From positions 1-42,300 of the IMG/VR virus record IMGVR_UViG_2778261297_000006: a stretch of 42,300 nt of DNA. The stretch is one strand, 5' to 3'. Below, one piece after another: positions 8,804-16,788 of this stretch (the first letter of the stretch is position 1; each line of letters begins with the position of its first letter). The notes under the pieces were generated by a model. That model ran no database searches. It worked only from the letters and a program-made list of their open reading frames with translations, and was not told the DNA's origin. The position numbers and the translations under genes were made by a program. This DNA comes from a virus (lineage: Duplodnaviria > Heunggongvirae > Uroviricota > Caudoviricetes).

Positions 8804-9772
8804 TTAGTAGGTTATTTTTGTTGCGAATACTTCGCCTTTTACGATGGCTGTTATGATATTTTTAGCAACATCTTCTGATGCGCCAACCTTGATAAGGTCA
8901 GCAAGTATTTTGTTATTTACTTCTTTCCGGTGAGCTTTATCCTTTGCTCTACGCTCTTCTTCTTCCTTGATTCTTTTTTCTTCTGCTATTCTGGCTTGCT
9001 CTTTTGCTTCAGCCTCGCGCCGGATTCGTTCAGCCTCCTCCTGTGCTTTTCTGCGTTCTGCTTCAATTGCTGCCTGCTTTTCTCTTTCAGCTCGTTCTGC
9101 TGCCTCTTTTGCTTCGCGCTGTGCTCGTTGCTCGGCTTCAATGCGTTCACGCTCTGCACGTTCCGCTGCGGCCTTAGCTTCTGCTTCTCGCCTTGCTGCT
9201 GCTTCAATTTCGGCTTTTGCCTTTGCTTCGGCTTCAGCTCTGGCTTTCTCTTCAGCTTCTCTTTTTAAGCGTTCTTCATGCTCTCGCTTTTCCTGCTCCG
9301 CTTTGAGTCTTGCCTCTTCTCTTTGGCGGTCAAATTCGCGATCCATCAAAATCGCTATTTCATGGTCAGACTCAATTTGCTTTGCGAGAGCTTCAGCTGC
9401 TGACTTAGCTTCTTCTTCGGCTTTAATCCGTGCCTGTTCCTCCTCATAATCAGTAAGAGGCTGGCGCGCCTTGGCTTTCAGTTCATCAAGGCGATCACGC
9501 ACTGTCTTGCGGTTAGCATCAATTAGCTTTGGAATTTCCTTCAGTTCAGCAACAAGGTCTTTGCCAAGACCATCGAGATATGTTTTCGTCTGCGCAACTT
9601 TATACGCCAGAGAAGCGATCTCCTTTCTGCCCTTTGCCGTTGTGATATCAGGCACAAAGGACATAACTTCACGTTCAACCTTTTGGAGAATTTCTTCAAT
9701 CTGGTCGGCAGACTGAAATACAGTCATTGCATTTGCTTTTTCAATAACAACTAAATCTGTTACTTCACTCAT
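8804..9772 (-). CDS. Highly charged coiled-coil / single-alpha-helix protein (322 aa from the ATG at 9772)
   Basis: About 170 residues of E/R/A/K repeats between a globular N-terminal and a short C-terminal domain; GGAGG sits 4 nt upstream of the ATG at 9772. The track's longer ORF to 9868 would span a terminator. Confidence 0.6.
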   Translation of the reverse strand: MSEVTDLVVIEKANAMTVFQSADQIEEILQKVEREVMSFVPDITTAKGRKEIASLAYKVAQTKTYLDGLGKDLVAELKEIPKLIDANRKTVRDRLDELKAKARQPLTDYEEEQARIKAEEEAKSAAEALAKQIESDHEIAILMDREFDRQREEARLKAEQEKREHEERLKREAEEKARAEAEAKAKAEIEAAARREAEAKAAAERAERERIEAEQRAQREAKEAAERAEREKQAAIEAERRKAQEEAERIRREAEAKEQARIAEEKRIKEEEERRAKDKAHRKEVNNKILADLIKVGASEDVAKNIITAIVKGEVFATKITY

Positions 9773-9784
9773 ATATCCTCCATC

Positions 9785-9814
9785 AAAAAAAATTGCCCTC
9801 ACACTGGAGGGCAA
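9785..9814 (-). terminator. Intrinsic terminator (minus strand) between the AT-rich gene and the coiled-coil gene
   Basis: Stem ttgccctc/gagggcaa with a 6-nt loop, followed on the minus-strand transcript by a run of eight U. Confidence 0.55.
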
Positions 9815-9916
9815 AGAAGATTTCCAATAATCAGAACAAGTCGGCTCCTGTTTAGTTACGAGCGACATTGCTCCGTGTATTCACTCGTTGGAATGAATAC
9901 ACGGTGCTTATTCATA

Positions 9917-10387
9917 CTAATAAAACACCCAATTTTCTGTTTCTTTGTTGTGTCCAAAGTTATATTCAATATCTGGTGTTGATGTATCAATATTCTTCAT
10001 CCCATCAACAAGAGTTGATACAACAGCCAAATCTTGTTTGATTCTCATCAAATGGTATTTCTTCCGGCGCAATAAACTTTCAATGGCAAGTTTCTTCGTC
10101 GGGAACGCAAAAGATCTTTCTGCATTTTTTGCTACTTTCTTAATTGCATATCTATTTCTCCTTTGTTTCCATTCCTGTAACCACTGATTTGGTGCTGGTT
10201 TAAAATTAACAATCCAATGCGCAGGAACCAACCATGCATAATGCTCTGTCTGATGAAAAGCTATATATTGAAGTGCGAATATTTTGATTCCATCTTCTTC
10301 AACTGTCGCTTGGAATCTCCAGAAAACAGGCATTCCATCATGTTCAGTTTCTGATTCAGGAAAAGGTACGCTCCATGATTTTGTCAT
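9917..10387 (-). CDS. Hypothetical protein (156 aa) in an AT-rich island; candidate accessory cargo
   Basis: Markedly lower GC than flanking genes by eye; followed by an 11-bp perfect inverted repeat (9873..9904) and the terminator at 9785..9814. Confidence 0.55.
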   Translation of the reverse strand: MTKSWSVPFPESETEHDGMPVFWRFQATVEEDGIKIFALQYIAFHQTEHYAWLVPAHWIVNFKPAPNQWLQEWKQRRNRYAIKKVAKNAERSFAFPTKKLAIESLLRRKKYHLMRIKQDLAVVSTLVDGMKNIDTSTPDIEYNFGHNKETENWVFY

Positions 10388-10390
10388 ATA

Positions 10391-10642
10391 TTACTCATCT
10401 CCAATGGCTTTGCTGATTGCTGACAGTGCTTTCGATACTTCATCAGGATAATGGTCATCCCAGTTTTGCTTGTATGCCTTGTTTAGCATCGCTTGCAGAG
10501 CTTCGAGCAAATCAGGAGCTGCCTCCATCAATCTCACATCACCTCGATGGATGGTTGTATCGTCAAACGTGAAATAAACCCCATCATCGTTAAATCCAGC
10601 GCCAACAACATTCCATGGCCTTTTCATTCTTCCTACTGTCAT
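10391..10642 (-). CDS. Hypothetical protein (83 aa)
   Basis: ORF in the early-left operon; no recognised domain. Confidence 0.5.
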   Translation of the reverse strand: MTVGRMKRPWNVVGAGFNDDGVYFTFDDTTIHRGDVRLMEAAPDLLEALQAMLNKAYKQNWDDHYPDEVSKALSAISKAIGDE

Positions 10643-10674
10643 TATTCACCTCTGTTGTTTATGCCAAAGCAAAT

Positions 10675-10917
10675 TTAACCATCAACAAACTCTTCTGGTA
10701 ATTTATCAACCAGTTGATGACTTATTATCAGCCATTTGCCATCCTTCGTTTCGTATGCATATTTCTGGTCTTTTATCATCATGTGTTCGGCTACTGCCCT
10801 AACTGCCTGATCGGTGACATCTTCTCTCTTTCCTACCCACATTCCTTTTTCAGTGTTTAATGTTCCTTGAAAAATACGACCACTTAATGGGCTTGCGCCC
10901 ATAGTTTTTACTCTCAT
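10675..10917 (-). CDS. Hypothetical protein (80 aa)
   Basis: ORF in the early-left operon; no recognised domain. Confidence 0.5.
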   Translation of the reverse strand: MRVKTMGASPLSGRIFQGTLNTEKGMWVGKREDVTDQAVRAVAEHMMIKDQKYAYETKDGKWLIISHQLVDKLPEEFVDG

Positions 10918-10981
10918 GTATCAGTCCTCAAATAAGTGGTTTGCTGCCAAAACAATGAACCATCCGGAAATTCCAGATAGT

Positions 10982-11206
10982 TCATAATTCACTCTTCAAT
11001 ACTTCCAGCTTACTAATCGCCGAAAGATATCCGCGCTGATAGGGCATCATCATTCCTTCGAGCTTGCCACTTCTTAACTCCTCCCTGAGCAATTGTATTG
11101 CTTGATCAATAACCTCTGCCTTAGCGTCCTTTATGGCTTGCTTTCGGGGCTTTGCTTTCTGCTTTGGCAGATTTCTCAAGCATGATGGAATGTATGTCTG
11201 ATTCAT
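10982..11206 (-). CDS. Hypothetical protein (about 74 aa) immediately downstream of N
   Basis: The ATG at 11206 lies 4 nt after the N stop codon (reading order on the minus strand); helical, Lys-rich. Confidence 0.45.
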   Translation of the reverse strand: MNQTYIPSCLRNLPKQKAKPRKQAIKDAKAEVIDQAIQLLREELRSGKLEGMMMPYQRGYLSAISKLEVLKSEL

Positions 11207-11209
11207 CAC

Positions 11210-11593
11210 TTACCTCGCCGTCAGTTGTTTTGATTTCCGGTAGCCTGCCGCGTAAATGGCTACGTTTGGAAGACATACACCAGTTTCTGGTTGCTTATGT
11301 CCAAACTCATTCGCGTACACAATGGCCGCTCGCTCCAGATTGCGTCTGTATTCTTTCTGTTGCCAGATCACGTCCTGTGCCATGAACTTAATTGGCTTAG
11401 CGTCTTCTATGCGCTCAGGCGTTTCGTGAGTACCTTTAGCCTGAATCTGCGCTCTGCTTAGAGTAGGGCGGTGTAATACTTCTGAACTTATTGCTTCTTC
11501 GCGGGCCAGTACGCCGTTAGCTAATGCCTTTGCCTTTAAACGCTCACGACGACGAGAACGTGAATTGCCTTTGAACTGAGTTCTGCGTGTCAT
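11210..11593 (-). CDS. N: Antitermination protein N (P22 gp24 type, 127 aa)
   Basis: N-terminal arginine-rich motif SRSRRRERLKAKA; first gene downstream of pL/nutL; AGGAGG ribosome-binding site. Confidence 0.7.
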   Translation of the reverse strand: MTRRTQFKGNSRSRRRERLKAKALANGVLAREEAISSEVLHRPTLSRAQIQAKGTHETPERIEDAKPIKFMAQDVIWQQKEYRRNLERAAIVYANEFGHKQPETGVCLPNVAIYAAGYRKSKQLTAR

Positions 11594-11854
11594 ATAGACC
11601 TCCTGATGAACTTTGGTGGTGTGGTGGCTGGTAGTCTAGCTCCAGCTTGTTGAGTCTCATTCGGAGGGGTATAACCGGCACCCCAGTGATTTTTCCATGC
11701 GACAACGTGCGCGTTATGGCGGCCTTATCGCCCGCGGCTCCCCATCTCGTCCACGCTATTGCTAGCGTTGGGAGCGCTTCACCGCTCAACAGTAGGTAAG
11801 CACTTGCCAGTGACTAGCTGGCTTCACCACACCCCAAAGTTCACTTTGGTTATT

Positions 11855-11869
11855 GCGCTTTGTCAGCGC
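11855..11869 (-). promoter_or_regulatory. nutL boxB hairpin (P22-type GCGCTGACAAAGCGC on the transcript)
   Basis: The plus strand reads gcgctttgtcagcgc, whose reverse complement matches the P22-type boxB; lies between OL and N. Confidence 0.6.
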
Positions 11870-11940
11870 CGTAGATTCATATTCGAATCGTTGTATATTC
11901 ACCGCCCTGGTGAGTAATGCGTCCTGCTGATGGCTTAAAG

Positions 11941-12023
11941 ATAACTTAGGTTATAGGTGTGGTCAATAACCTAATTTATATTTTATGGTAAATAAGTTAT
12001 AAGTGATGGATAACAAAGGTATT
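11941..12023. promoter_or_regulatory. OL operator cluster with pL (leftward promoter)
   Basis: ATAAC-N4-GTTAT type dyads at 11941..11954 (perfect), 11965..11979 and 12010..12023, the same half-site as in OR. Confidence 0.5.
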
Positions 12024-12152
12024 TTATTTTTGTAAATGTTGCTGATTGATTGGTGTTTGAGGGCTTGCGTGCGGGGTGAAGGTGTTACCTTTGGCTTGAT
12101 GCTTGTCTATGATGAGGATGGTTGATTGGGTGGTGAACGGCAGGAAAAGAAA

Positions 12153-12172
12153 ACCCGGCGCTGAGGCCGGGT
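12153..12172 (-). terminator. Intrinsic terminator ending the cI-side transcript (tImm-like); hairpin is symmetric and may act bidirectionally
   Basis: Stem acccggc/gccgggt with a 6-nt loop; U-rich tract follows on the minus strand directly after the stop codon of the 98-aa gene. Confidence 0.6.
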
Positions 12173-12176
12173 GTTT

Positions 12177-12473
12177 TTAGTCTTTTCTTTTGCTTAGCAT
12201 TTCGTCGATTTCTAAGTCAATACGATATTGATCTATTGCTTTTCTCTCGTTTGGGGTTGGTATTTTATACTGTTCAATTAGATCTGTTGTGTATTTTATT
12301 TCATCTAATGTTATTTTTATATCAGAGAGAATCTCTTTTATATCAATTATATGCTCTTCTTCTTTTGCGCGATTAGAGCTATGTTCAATCATTTGAGATA
12401 GCTTTTTGCTAATGCTTAGCAAAACAAAAAGAATGATGACCAAAACAACAACAAAAACTATCAGAAATTCCAT
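12177..12473 (-). CDS. AT-rich single-pass membrane protein (98 aa) in the rex-equivalent slot downstream of cI
   Basis: N-terminal TM helix EFLIVFVVVLVIILFVLLSI followed by a charged helical tail; GGAGG 6 nt upstream of the ATG; very low GC by eye; terminator immediately downstream. Confidence 0.65.
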   Translation of the reverse strand: MEFLIVFVVVLVIILFVLLSISKKLSQMIEHSSNRAKEEEHIIDIKEILSDIKITLDEIKYTTDLIEQYKIPTPNERKAIDQYRIDLEIDEMLSKRKD

Positions 12474-12513
12474 TATCCCTCCGCACTTCCGTAAGTCTTC
12501 TTCTGATTATCGG

Positions 12514-13221
12514 TTACCAACTATGAGACGACCAGAATACTCTGCCAATAATCCTTACGGTTTCATGAAATTCATCTCTATCCATTACTTCATCCGGGTA
12601 CTCTTCGCGATTTATTGATCTGATTATCACCGATGTAGGGGTGGCGATTAATGTTTTTACTCGTAACAAATCAGACTGGCAAATAGCGTAGGTTTTACCA
12701 TCTCTGATTGTGGTATCTTGCGTGTTAACACCAACAACATCGCCATCGTGAAGGGTTGGTTCCATGCTTTGCCCTACAACCCTAACTAGCTTGGCTGATC
12801 TTTCAGATACTCCCATCTTTTTCAGATAGTGCTTTCTGAAAACCAAAGAGAACTCCGATGATTCCTCTAGCTCGCAGCTACCGCTTCCAGCTGAAAGCGA
12901 AACGTTAAGAAGAGGCAACGCAACAAACTCGTCATCGTTTCTTTTAATGTCTTCCCATACCACAGCTTTTAAAGATGACTCACGGACATTGGATGGTTCT
13001 TCATGTGCACCATCCCTCATTTCACCAATACCAGAACTAAGCCATTCAGGACGCACTTTTAAAGCATTGGCTAATTCAACCATCTTGCGAGATCCGTTTG
13101 TTTTACCGGACGACATCTTCTGTATGGCTGGCTGAGATATTCCAACCATGTCAGCAAGCTGTGATTGTGATACCCCTGCTGAGCTCATGGCTGCATTTAG
13201 TCTTTCTGCGAATGTTTTCAT
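12514..13221 (-). CDS. cI: CI-type prophage repressor (HTH plus LexA-like S24 peptidase domain), about 235 aa from the internal ATG
   Basis: HTH segment SQSQLADMVGISQPAIQKM, C-terminal S24-like VGQSMEPTL block; divergent from cro across operators. Start chosen at MKTFAERL (13221), likely near-leaderless. Confidence 0.85.
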   Translation of the reverse strand: MKTFAERLNAAMSSAGVSQSQLADMVGISQPAIQKMSSGKTNGSRKMVELANALKVRPEWLSSGIGEMRDGAHEEPSNVRESSLKAVVWEDIKRNDDEFVALPLLNVSLSAGSGSCELEESSEFSLVFRKHYLKKMGVSERSAKLVRVVGQSMEPTLHDGDVVGVNTQDTTIRDGKTYAICQSDLLRVKTLIATPTSVIIRSINREEYPDEVMDRDEFHETVRIIGRVFWSSHSW

Positions 13222-13233
13222 ACCCACAAATCT

Positions 13234-13296
13234 ATAACTACGGTTATCCAAAGTAAAATAACAAAGGTTATTGCTATTTTTTATAACTTGAGTTAT
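13234..13296. promoter_or_regulatory. OR operator cluster (three dyads) with pR/pRM
   Basis: ATAACtacgGTTAT at 13234..13247, AATAACaaagGTTATT at 13257..13272 and ATAACttgaGTTAT at 13283..13296, about 24 bp centre to centre. Confidence 0.6.
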
Positions 13297-13332
13297 CTTT
13301 GGTTATAACTAATGACCACAAGAGGTATGCTC

Positions 13333-13557
13333 ATGAATTTAGTAATTCAACGAGCCTTGAAAATTGTCGGTAGCCAAAAGCGCCTTGCCGACAAGTGTGG
13401 TGTAACGCAGCCAGCAGTACACAAATGGCTGAAAGGCGGGTTGGTCTCTCCAGAGAAAGTTACCGCCATCGTTAACGCCACTGGAGGGCAGATCAAGGCT
13501 TACGAAATTCGCCCCGATTTGCCACACCTGTTTCCAAAACCGAATCAGGCAGCATAA
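13333..13557 (+). CDS. cro: Cro-like repressor (74 aa from the ATG at 13333)
   Basis: Small HTH protein divergent from cI; AAGAGG 7 nt upstream of the ATG at 13333. Confidence 0.7.
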   Translation: MNLVIQRALKIVGSQKRLADKCGVTQPAVHKWLKGGLVSPEKVTAIVNATGGQIKAYEIRPDLPHLFPKPNQAA

Positions 13558-13564
13558 GTAACAC

Positions 13565-13610
13565 CGCTCTTTTCACAATGGACATTCGTCCTACGTCGCT
13601 GACAAAGCGA
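13565..13610 (+). promoter_or_regulatory. nutR (boxA-like CGCTCTTTT plus boxB hairpin TCGCTGACAAAGCGA)
   Basis: boxA-like at 13565..13573 and boxB at 13596..13610 with the same GACAAAG loop as nutL. Confidence 0.55.
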
Positions 13611-13695
13611 GTCCCAATATATCTGACCAACTAAGGCCATATGCGTTTCCACGCATACCTTTCAGCTAAATATTCACTATTGGAAATATTAAGAA

Positions 13696-13992
13696 ATGAC
13701 ACAAGCAAGTTACAGCAAGCCAACACAGCGAGAAATTGATCGCGCTGAAACTGATTTACTCATCAACCTGTCAACGCTTACCCAGCGCGGTCTGGCAAAG
13801 ATGATTGGCTGTCATGAATCGAAGATAAGCAGAACGGACTGGAGATTTATTGCTTCGGTCTTGTGTGCTTTCGGAATGGCATCAGACATCAGTCCGATTA
13901 GCAGGGCTTTTAAGTATGCGCTTGATGAAATCACAAAGAAAAAATCCCCGGCCGCCACCGAGGATTTTAAGCAAATTGATATGCAATTCTGA
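13696..13992 (+). CDS. cII: CII-like transcriptional activator (98 aa)
   Basis: C-terminal KKKSPAATEDFKQIDMQF resembles lambda CII (KKRPAATE...QIQMEF, by recall); position after cro/nutR. Confidence 0.75.
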   Translation: MTQASYSKPTQREIDRAETDLLINLSTLTQRGLAKMIGCHESKISRTDWRFIASVLCAFGMASDISPISRAFKYALDEITKKKSPAATEDFKQIDMQF

Positions 13993-14024
13993 GGTCATTA
14001 CTGGATCAATCCACAGGAGTCATT

Positions 14025-14870
14025 ATGACAAATACAGCAAAAATACTCAACTTCGGCAGAGGTAACTTTGCCGAACAGGAGCTAAGAGTGGCTGATATCG
14101 ATGATGGTTACACCAGATTCGCTAACGAGCTGCTGGAAGCTATCGCAAGTGCCGATTTAACCGCTCGCCAGTTGAAAGTTATGCTGGCCTACGTCCGGAA
14201 AACATATGGCTTCAATAAGAAAACAGATCGAATAGCCGATGAGCAAATTGCTCAGTTAACAGGACTGTCAAGGCAGAATGTTAACAAGGCTAAAAAAGAA
14301 CTGATTTCAATGAATTGCCTGTTTATGGATGGAAATCAAATCGGTGTAAACAGGGAGGTATCTGCGTGGCAATTCAGCAAGTGTCTCCAAGTTAGCAACT
14401 TTGTCTCGAAGTTAGAGACAAAAAATGTCTCCAAATTAGAGACACTCAATGTCTCGAAGTTAGAGACACACAAAAGACATTCTTTAAAGACAAAAGAAAA
14501 TATTAATAAACCCCCTATATCCCCCAAAAAAATTTCTCAGAAGTTCGACCCGCTAGAAACAGAGTTGCCTGATTGGTTATCGGCAGAAACATGGTTGTCG
14601 TGGGTTACCTATCGCAAGGAGATAGGTAAGTCGATCAAGTCTAAGCAAAGCGTCACTCAGGCTATCAACGTTCTAAGCAGAAGTCTGGAGAAGGGATATA
14701 CACCTGAAGAAATTATAAACCAGAGCATCGCCAGTGGTTGGCAGGGGATTTTTGAACCCAAGACTCCAAAGGGGAAATCTCAACCTAGGCCGCAGCAGCG
14801 AGCTATGCAGGAAAACTTTGCCGCCAAAGATTACGGGCAAACTGAAATGCCTTCATGGGCGCAGGAGTGA
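14025..14870 (+). CDS. O: Replication initiator, lambda O type (281 aa) with internal origin
   Basis: Position after cII; four iterons inside the coding region encode the repeated VSKLET peptide; followed by an AT-rich segment. Confidence 0.8.
   Translation: MTNTAKILNFGRGNFAEQELRVADIDDGYTRFANELLEAIASADLTARQLKVMLAYVRKTYGFNKKTDRIADEQIAQLTGLSRQNVNKAKKELISMNCLFMDGNQIGVNREVSAWQFSKCLQVSNFVSKLETKNVSKLETLNVSKLETHKRHSLKTKENINKPPISPKKISQKFDPLETELPDWLSAETWLSWVTYRKEIGKSIKSKQSVTQAINVLSRSLEKGYTPEEIINQSIASGWQGIFEPKTPKGKSQPRPQQRAMQENFAAKDYGQTEMPSWAQE
14382..14468. repeat. Origin iterons (four 19-bp dyad repeats, tgtctc-N7-gagaca) inside the O-like gene
   Basis: Repeats begin at 14382, 14402, 14426 and 14450; AT-rich stretch follows at about 14470..14545. 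Confidence 0.7.
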
Positions 14871-14872
14871 AC

Positions 14873-15718
14873 ATGACGCTGGATGAAAAGATCTCCCAAC
14901 TGGAGAAAAAACTTGCAGAATTGAGTTCTCCGCCAATTGCTATCGAGCATACAGCTGTAGAAATTGGCACTGGCATCTGTGAAAAACACGGTGAGTTTGA
15001 GCAGCGTAACCGTTACTCGACTGGGCCAATTAAGTTTGCCTCAAGACCTAGCGAATGCCCGGAATGCATGGGAGATGAGCTTATTCGGCTACAGGCAGAG
15101 AAGATTAAAATCGACGAGGAATCACGTAAACGAAATGTCGATTTTTTGTTGAATAATCTTGATATTCCTGAACGATTCAAGGGTTGCACACTACAGAACT
15201 ACGAGCCAGTCAACGACGATGCAAAGAGAGTGCTCAGGGTGTGTCAGGCATACGCCAGCAAATGGCCTGAGAGGTTACAGAAAGGCGGTGGGCTGGTTAT
15301 GTGTGGAAAGCCTGGTACTGGAAAGAATCATCTTGCACTGGCTATCGCCCGGCACGCAATTACGGAACATCAAAGCTCAGCTATTTTCACAACGGCGCTG
15401 AAAATTGCCAGAGAATATAAATCAACATGGTCGAAAAACTCCACCCGCACAGAGGATGAAGTGATCCTACAGTTCACTAAACCTGACCTGCTAATTATCG
15501 ATGAGGTTGGTGTGCAGTTTGGAAGCGAGGCGGAAAAGATGATCATGTTCGAAATCATCAACACCCGCTACGAGCGCATGAAGCCAACAATCCTGATTAG
15601 CAACCAGAGCAAAGATGAACTGTCTGCATTCATTGGTGAGCGTGTTATTGACAGAATGAATGATGGCGGCGGATGCACCCTTGCGTTTACATGGGATAGT
15701 TACAGGAGCAGATCGTGA
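14873..15718 (+). CDS. DnaC-type helicase loader (AAA+ ATPase, 282 aa from the ATG at 14873)
   Basis: Walker A motif GKPGTGKNHLA and Walker B LLIIDEVG; AGGAG 6 nt upstream of the ATG. Confidence 0.85.
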   Translation: MTLDEKISQLEKKLAELSSPPIAIEHTAVEIGTGICEKHGEFEQRNRYSTGPIKFASRPSECPECMGDELIRLQAEKIKIDEESRKRNVDFLLNNLDIPERFKGCTLQNYEPVNDDAKRVLRVCQAYASKWPERLQKGGGLVMCGKPGTGKNHLALAIARHAITEHQSSAIFTTALKIAREYKSTWSKNSTRTEDEVILQFTKPDLLIIDEVGVQFGSEAEKMIMFEIINTRYERMKPTILISNQSKDELSAFIGERVIDRMNDGGGCTLAFTWDSYRSRS

Positions 15719-16005
15719 CTGGAAAAGAAATCATCCTGGAATATCTGAAAACTCATGAACAATTCTCCCCACATGAATTAGCACTGATCACCGGAATACC
15801 AAATAACAGAATCGCTCAAGCAGCAAGGCATATGGTGAAACAAGGACATTTGAGTGTTGTTGAGCGTAAGTGGAAGACGGTTATTTATGCAAAACGCAAA
15901 GTGAAGAAGGAGCCAATTAAAAGAAATCCAGATGGTACGGGGTGGGGATGTGCAAATCCAATGACGGCGTTTATTAATAGGGCGCTTATGGAGGTAAGGC
16001 AATGA
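15715..16005 (+). CDS. Hypothetical protein (96 aa), nin-like region
   Basis: GTG start overlapping the upstream stop; AGGAG ribosome-binding site. Confidence 0.5.
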   Translation: MTGKEIILEYLKTHEQFSPHELALITGIPNNRIAQAARHMVKQGHLSVVERKWKTVIYAKRKVKKEPIKRNPDGTGWGCANPMTAFINRALMEVRQ

Positions 16006-16331
16006 CCATCTACATCACTGAGCTAATAACAGGGGCCACTTACACAGTGGCCTTTTTATTTGAGGATAGAGATATGCCAAAGAAATATGACATGTATGAC
16101 TTGAGACAAATTCTTGAAGAAATGCGCGCCTACAACCCAAAGGCAGATGAGTATGGTGGGAAACACATTATACCCGGCTGGGCTGATCGTATCGAAGTTG
16201 CACTGAATCGGATGAATGCTGGCACATGCCAAAGATGCAACGGAACCGGAATGGAAGATAGCGGCGGAGTCCAACCATGGGGCGAGCCAATTCTTATTGA
16301 GTGTCAGTGTTGCGGAGGGAATCAATCGTGA
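16002..16331 (+). CDS. Hypothetical protein with Cys cluster (109 aa)
   Basis: Motifs CQRCNGTG and ECQCCGG; ATGA coupling to the upstream gene. Confidence 0.5.
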   Translation: MTIYITELITGATYTVAFLFEDRDMPKKYDMYDLRQILEEMRAYNPKADEYGGKHIIPGWADRIEVALNRMNAGTCQRCNGTGMEDSGGVQPWGEPILIECQCCGGNQS

Positions 16332-16543
16332 AAGTTAAAACAGCAGAGCTGAGCGAAAAGCAATCAAAACATCTTTTTGAGCAATGGTTTGAAAGAACAT
16401 TTCGTACGCACATTAAAGAAAGAGCGCTACCTGCGATTGAACAACGCAAGCTGATGACCATGGCATGGTTCGGGTGGAGTGAAAGAAGCCTGTTGGGCGA
16501 TGAGGTAGACATTCCCGATGAGCTGATGGAGGTGGGAGAGTGA
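16328..16543 (+). CDS. Hypothetical protein (about 71 aa, GTG start)
   Basis: GTG at 16328 overlaps the upstream stop; the track lists the longer frame from 16301. Confidence 0.4.
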   Translation: MKVKTAELSEKQSKHLFEQWFERTFRTHIKERALPAIEQRKLMTMAWFGWSERSLLGDEVDIPDELMEVGE

Positions 16544-16758
16544 CTTGCATCAGAATACCTGGCGGAATTATTACTCTGAATGATTCCTACCGACTGCGCC
16601 TTGAAGATGGAACTTGTGTCTTTATGAGTTGGCATCATTACTGCGGTCCTGAGTTTTACAGAGACAGAAGCGAGCGCAGATATATCGATGAGTGGTGGGA
16701 AAATCCGCTAATTGTCAAAGCACTCGATTGGTTTGTTGGTCGCGGTGAAAAAGCATAG
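16540..16758 (+). CDS. Hypothetical protein (72 aa, GTG start)
   Basis: Start overlaps the upstream stop. Confidence 0.45.
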   Translation: MTCIRIPGGIITLNDSYRLRLEDGTCVFMSWHHYCGPEFYRDRSERRYIDEWWENPLIVKALDWFVGRGEKA

Positions 16759-16788
16759 CAGCCAGCCTTCTGGCATGTGGAGGGGAAT

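Noticed and set aside
8930-9449. Plus-strand ORFs of 112 and 160 aa with low-complexity S/A/F/C-rich translations
   Set aside because: They are antisense shadows of the repetitive E/R/A/K-coding tract of the minus-strand coiled-coil gene; no ribosome-binding site and an implausible composition.
9773-9868. Longer N-terminal extension of the coiled-coil gene (track start at 9868)
   Set aside because: The extension would be translated across the intrinsic terminator at 9785..9814; the internal ATG at 9772 has a GGAGG site 4 nt upstream and is the more plausible start.
11544-11789. 81-aa minus-strand ORF overlapping the N start and leader
   Set aside because: It is out of frame with N and lies within the structured nutL leader; more likely a consequence of GC-rich leader sequence than a gene.
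14382-14468. Four regularly spaced 19-bp repeats that could superficially resemble a short CRISPR array
   Set aside because: They lie inside the O-like initiator gene, are internally dyad-symmetric (tgtctc...gagaca), are spaced 20-24 bp apart without unique spacers, and are followed by an AT-rich segment: origin iterons, not CRISPR.
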